A stretch of DNA of 64,000 bases from the human T2T-CHM13v2.0 reference genome, Homo sapiens. Position numbers and translations under genes: made by a program. Positions 60,793 through 64,000 of the stretch are shown in pieces; position 1 is the stretch's first letter; every line of letters begins with the position of its first letter. The stretch lies in assembly GCF_009914755.1 (NCBI RefSeq), contig NC_060930.1; one strand, written 5' to 3'. The notes under the pieces are model-generated. The model ran no database searches, had not been told where the DNA came from, and saw only the letters and a list, made by a program, of their open reading frames with translations.

Positions 60793-63235
60793 TAAGATTA
60801 TTTTAAAATAAATAGTCTGATTTTTTAAAAATGTGATTCAGATCATTGTTTCTGTTCTCCCTTCCTTCTGCATGAGCAGCTCAAAACTCAAGGTGCTGGT
60901 TGGAGCTACGGGAACAGTTGCAGAGGTTCTGTGCTGTCTGCCTTGCTGTCCTACCTGCATCTGATTCAGGGAGGTGGAATGTGTAGAGGAGAGTTAGAGT
61001 GTTAACTCTCCCCTTCATTTTCTAGGCACATTTTAGAGTCAGAAAGGTAGAATATTAGTATAGTATTAAAAGGAAAAAGTAGCACGGAAATGTGATTCAT
61101 TGTGCCAAGACGCAAATAATTTAGCTGAAAGTTAATGTCACAGCAAATAATGGACACAGAGTTTCTTAGTTTCTTATCTTATCTTTTTTTTTTTTTGTAG
61201 TACTTAACTGTTACTCATCTTGGGTCTAGTACATAATTTCTGAAGCCAAATTTCTTCATTTTGAAGAACAGATAATAACACTTAATCTAAGAAAGTATTT
61301 TTAAAATGCTTTGTAATTCTTAACGAAATGTGTCACAATAAGGTAAAAGCATCTCTTAGTCACTATTCATATTGTTCAGTCATAGTCTGTCTTTTTCTTT
61401 CCAGTAATAATCCATCCTGTTTTTTAACAGATTGTAATAGGGGAGCAGTGAGAGAGAAAATCCATGCTTTACTCTGTTCCATATAATTTGTTTATGTTGG
61501 GTGTGTGTGTGTGCGTGAGAGTTTATATTATTTACATTGCTTTAAACTAAAGTCACAATTCTCAGTGGATTATTACTTGAACAATAGGAAAAGAGATTAT
61601 CCTATTTTTTACTACCAGAATGCAATCAAAAATATATTTCTAACTTCAGTGATTTTCAAATAAGAAAATTATATTATTTATAATACTTCATTTTGTTAAT
61701 CTGATAGTGTAACTACCTTAAAAATATTATCTGTTGTAGTGGTATCATGTCCCAGGGAAAAGAATACATACACATAAAAAACTCATAATGTGCATTATTA
61801 ACCAAAATACATTTTAAACCCTTGTTTCCTTGTATTAGTGGGTCTTCAGGTCTAAAACAAATATTAAACTAGAGTTTTGTTTGGAATATGGACTCAGTAT
61901 AAGATAATCAAACCTGCTTTAGGAAAAAAATCATTAAGAAATTTACGTGAAGGATCTATTGCATTTTTTTCTTTGAGGTGAGCAAAAGCAAGTCTGCTAT
62001 TGCTGATACCACTTGAAAGCCCATTGCTGTGAACACTTTATTTCTTAACAGAAAACTGATTTTAAATGTTGAGGTTAGAAAATCTACTCAACATTTTTTA
62101 ACTGCTCCAGCTTTAATTCATAATTACAAGCTTATTCCAATCTCTGCATAATGAAACCACATTTTAGACCAACAGCTGTTATCTACTTTTGCTGGTAGCC
62201 TTGGGGTATGAATATTTTAATATTCATTTTATATGTGCAGATAAACTAAATACTTCCTACTGGAAGTCTATCAAATTAATCGCAAAAATCTTAGTTGCTG
62301 TTCTTTCTTCCATGCAACTCATTTTTAAAAAACTGCTCACTTTGTGCTCCATTTTCCATAAACCTGAAAGTGATTTTTATAAAATATACAGGGGAGAATG
62401 TAGAGAAATCCATGGATATAAAGGATCATGGAAGAGATTAAAACAATACTGTTTTAGTGACCTGCCCTTCTGTCCATTTCCATTTTGTGCAAGTTCAGTT
62501 TAAGATTCAATATTTTGCTTATGGAAATGTTTTAATAACTGGTTTTGTGTTGGAAGGCTGTGATTTTCACTTATTTAAATAGTATTAGGTTCTCATATGT
62601 AAATGATATGGCCTAAAGATAGAACCCTCCCCCCACTCCTCCAGTTTTCCCAGTATAATCTCACAAACACCATTGTGATGTACTATAAAACATGCGGTAA
62701 CTTTTGTTTTTGGATGGCAGTGAATGATTAGAAAATAAAAGTTCTGTAGCCCAGTAAAATCTAAAAGTGTTTATTCTGAAGTGGAAGATAAAAGGATGAT
62801 GGAAGATACCAAAATAGAAATAGATGAATTTGTAGCTAAGGTTGGTGGATATTAATAGTAGAGATAGTTCACATAGATTCTTCACATTTTTATGAATTCT
62901 GTAGGAAGATGCTTTCACCTGTTCTGCATTTTAACAGAACAATACTACTTACATCATACAATAATCAATATTTGGGGTGGAAAACATAATCTGTATCATT
63001 AGCAGATCAAGATCATGTACCTCATTAATGTTAAACCACAACTATTTAAACATGTTTGAGAGGCCTGAGCATGGTGACAGAAAAATAAAGACACGAAATA
63101 AAAAAAAGCAACATAAAATGGTCTACGTAGTGTTTTTCTAGTTATGAGGATGAGACTTCTGTGAAAGCTTATTTGGTCTTAGTGAGCACATATGCGATGA
63201 TGTCTTATGTGATCTTTCTTTCTGACTTCATGTTC

Positions 63236-63511
63236 TTTTTTTTTTTTTTTTTTTCCCAGGAGAGTAAAATCTTTTATTATAATAGGTGTATTTTTTTTAA
63301 TTATACTTTAAGTTTTAGGGTACATGTGCACAACGTGCAGGTTAGTTACATATGTATACATGTGCCATGTTGGTGTGCTTGTACCCAGTAACTCTTCATT
63401 TAATATTAGGTATATCTCCAAATGCTATCCCTCCCCCCTCCCCCCACCCCACAACAGGCCCCGGTGTGAACAATGAGAACACATGGACACAGGAAGGGGA
63501 ACATCACACAC
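63236..63511 (-). mobile_element. Very short L1PA4-like insertion with 3' transduction and 5' inversion
   Basis: TSD ctgacttcatgttctt at 63222-63237 and 63512-63527; L1 3' UTR 63291-63468 minus, 63467-63512 plus. Confidence 0.95.
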
Positions 63512-64000
63512 CTGACTTCATGTTCTTGGCTCTTGGGATAACAGAACACAAACATTCAGGCCCTTTGTCTTTGAGAAGCAGATGTTTTTCCCCCTTTTGT
63601 TTAGCGGAGATGTCTTCTGGGTCTTGACGATGAGAGGAGTTAGACACGTCTAGTCTTTTCCAGTGCTCGCGACAGCTAACATTTTCCTGCTCATCTCTTC
63701 TTTGGGCGTTCACCACTGCCTTATACTTTCCCCCTCATTTCCCCTACTTCTTTTGATTGTGACTTACAAAGTCTTTGATTGGCTACTGGGGAAATTCTGT
63801 CTCTCTTGAGCCCATTTTTCATTTTCACTTTTTCCTTTGTTCTCATGTCTTAACAGACACATGCCCTTCCCTCTGCCATTTTTGATGGATCTTTCCAGAA
63901 CACTGCCAGCTATCCATCATTCCTTATCTTTCAAAGTCTTCCAGATGCCTCTTTATGCTTCCTTTCTTAATCATTCTAGCTGCCCTGGAGGGCTCCCCGC

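Overview
Primate (human-like) AT-rich, non-coding genomic DNA dominated by interspersed repeats. It contains L1PA2/4/7/16, L1PB, L1MA/MC/ME, nine Alus plus a monomer fragment, L2, MIR, MLT1 and MER11 LTRs, DNA-transposon fossils (MER1A, MER2, MER96B-like, Charlie-like) and microsatellites. I find no supportable host protein-coding exon, RNA gene, CRISPR array or prokaryotic system, and the long ORFs in the track are L1-, Alu- or low-complexity-derived. Subfamily names come from my recollection of consensus sequences, not from a database search, and boundaries of old elements are approximate. Most notable observations: (1) two L1PA7 copies about 26 kb apart share about a dozen apparently non-consensus variants, including the same ORF2 stop codon; (2) two long near-perfect inverted repeats (67-68 bp arms) lie in apparently unique DNA; (3) a ~280 bp L1PA4 insertion combines a 3' transduction, a twin-priming inversion and a 16-bp TSD; (4) both near-full-length L1s carry complex templated-insertion rearrangements; (5) primate-age retroelements show a strong minus-strand bias. 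I do not see evidence for a wholly new biological system.
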